Of a DNA stretch of 64,000 nt, positions 63,570 to 64,000 are shown one piece after another (the first letter of the stretch is position 1; each line of letters starts with the position of its first letter). The stretch lies in NCBI RefSeq assembly GCF_016432865.1, contig NC_067400.1:404984001-405048000 (forward strand), read 5' to 3'. The position numbers and the translations under genes were made by a program. The stretch comes from Antechinus flavipes (lineage: Eukaryota). The notes beneath the pieces are model-generated. The model was not told the DNA's origin. It ran no database searches and saw only the letters and a program-made list of their open reading frames with translations.

Positions 63570-63812
63570 AGCAGTATAGGTGTATGCTGATAAATGTTTA
63601 ACTATTGGGCTCATAGGAGGAAAAATGTGATACAAATGTATAAGTTTTAGCTGCATTACTAAAACTTTCTTGAATCTAGACGATCACCAAAACAATAAAT
63701 CTAGCCTTGATGTAGTGATTGCTGATTTCTGAGGTATAAATATTCACACTGAAAATTTCACAGTGGGCTCCCAGAAGCAGGCTAGAATTGGTTCTAGCAT
63801 ACCCATGTTTCT
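63570..63812 (+). mobile_element. MER63-like hAT element
   Basis: ggtgtatgctgataaatgtttaactattgggctc...gctgatttctgaggtataaatattcacactgaaaattt...gctagaattggttctagcatacccatg; both ends recognisable. Confidence 0.65.
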
Positions 63813-64000
63813 AGAGGTTATCTTTTTTAACAAAGAAAACAAAATAATAACTGAATAGTTCTGTTTTATTTTGTTGTTGTTATTCTGGTCCCATTCACCC
63901 TCATTAGTGCATCTCTACCTTTTTTGATCTTCCTCTTTTTTTTATAATTAAGCAAAAAATCAATAAATAAAATCAACAAAACTTCCTTATTTTTTCTTTA

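Noticed and set aside
1-64000. Most 60-145 aa ORFs in the track as genes
   Set aside because: They are low-complexity, antisense to repeats or derived from microsatellites, and many start at non-ATG codons. I recognise no host-protein homology.

Overview
AT-rich eukaryotic DNA with a marsupial repeat content: MAR1/WSINE1-type CORE-SINEs, BovB-type RTE tails, marsupial-type L1s, plus MIR, L2 and L3/CR1. It is probably dasyurid (for example Sarcophilus or a relative), inferred from repeat content only. I could not confidently identify a host protein-coding gene. The window looks intronic or intergenic, and most listed ORFs are chance ORFs or transposon fragments. Well-supported elements: two young 5'-truncated L1 insertions with perfect target-site duplications (1884-2850, 5763-6684), an older internally deleted L1 (about 7270-9560), a near full-length decayed Tigger/pogo transposon (about 32430-34600), two solo LTRs (24777-25296, 28855-29432) and a 132-N assembly gap. 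The most unusual structures are (1) a 325-bp inverted duplication, 98.5% identical, carrying an L1 5' end plus flank on each side of a 785-bp spacer (16851-18285), and (2) a 1215-bp-period A-B-A-B-A tandem array with three distinguishable copies of A (52689-55468). Weaker leads are possible fossils of an ancient Tx1-like LINE and several repeat-poor islands that may be conserved regulatory elements. Repeat family names come from recalled consensus sequences, not from a database search, and boundaries of old repeats are approximate.
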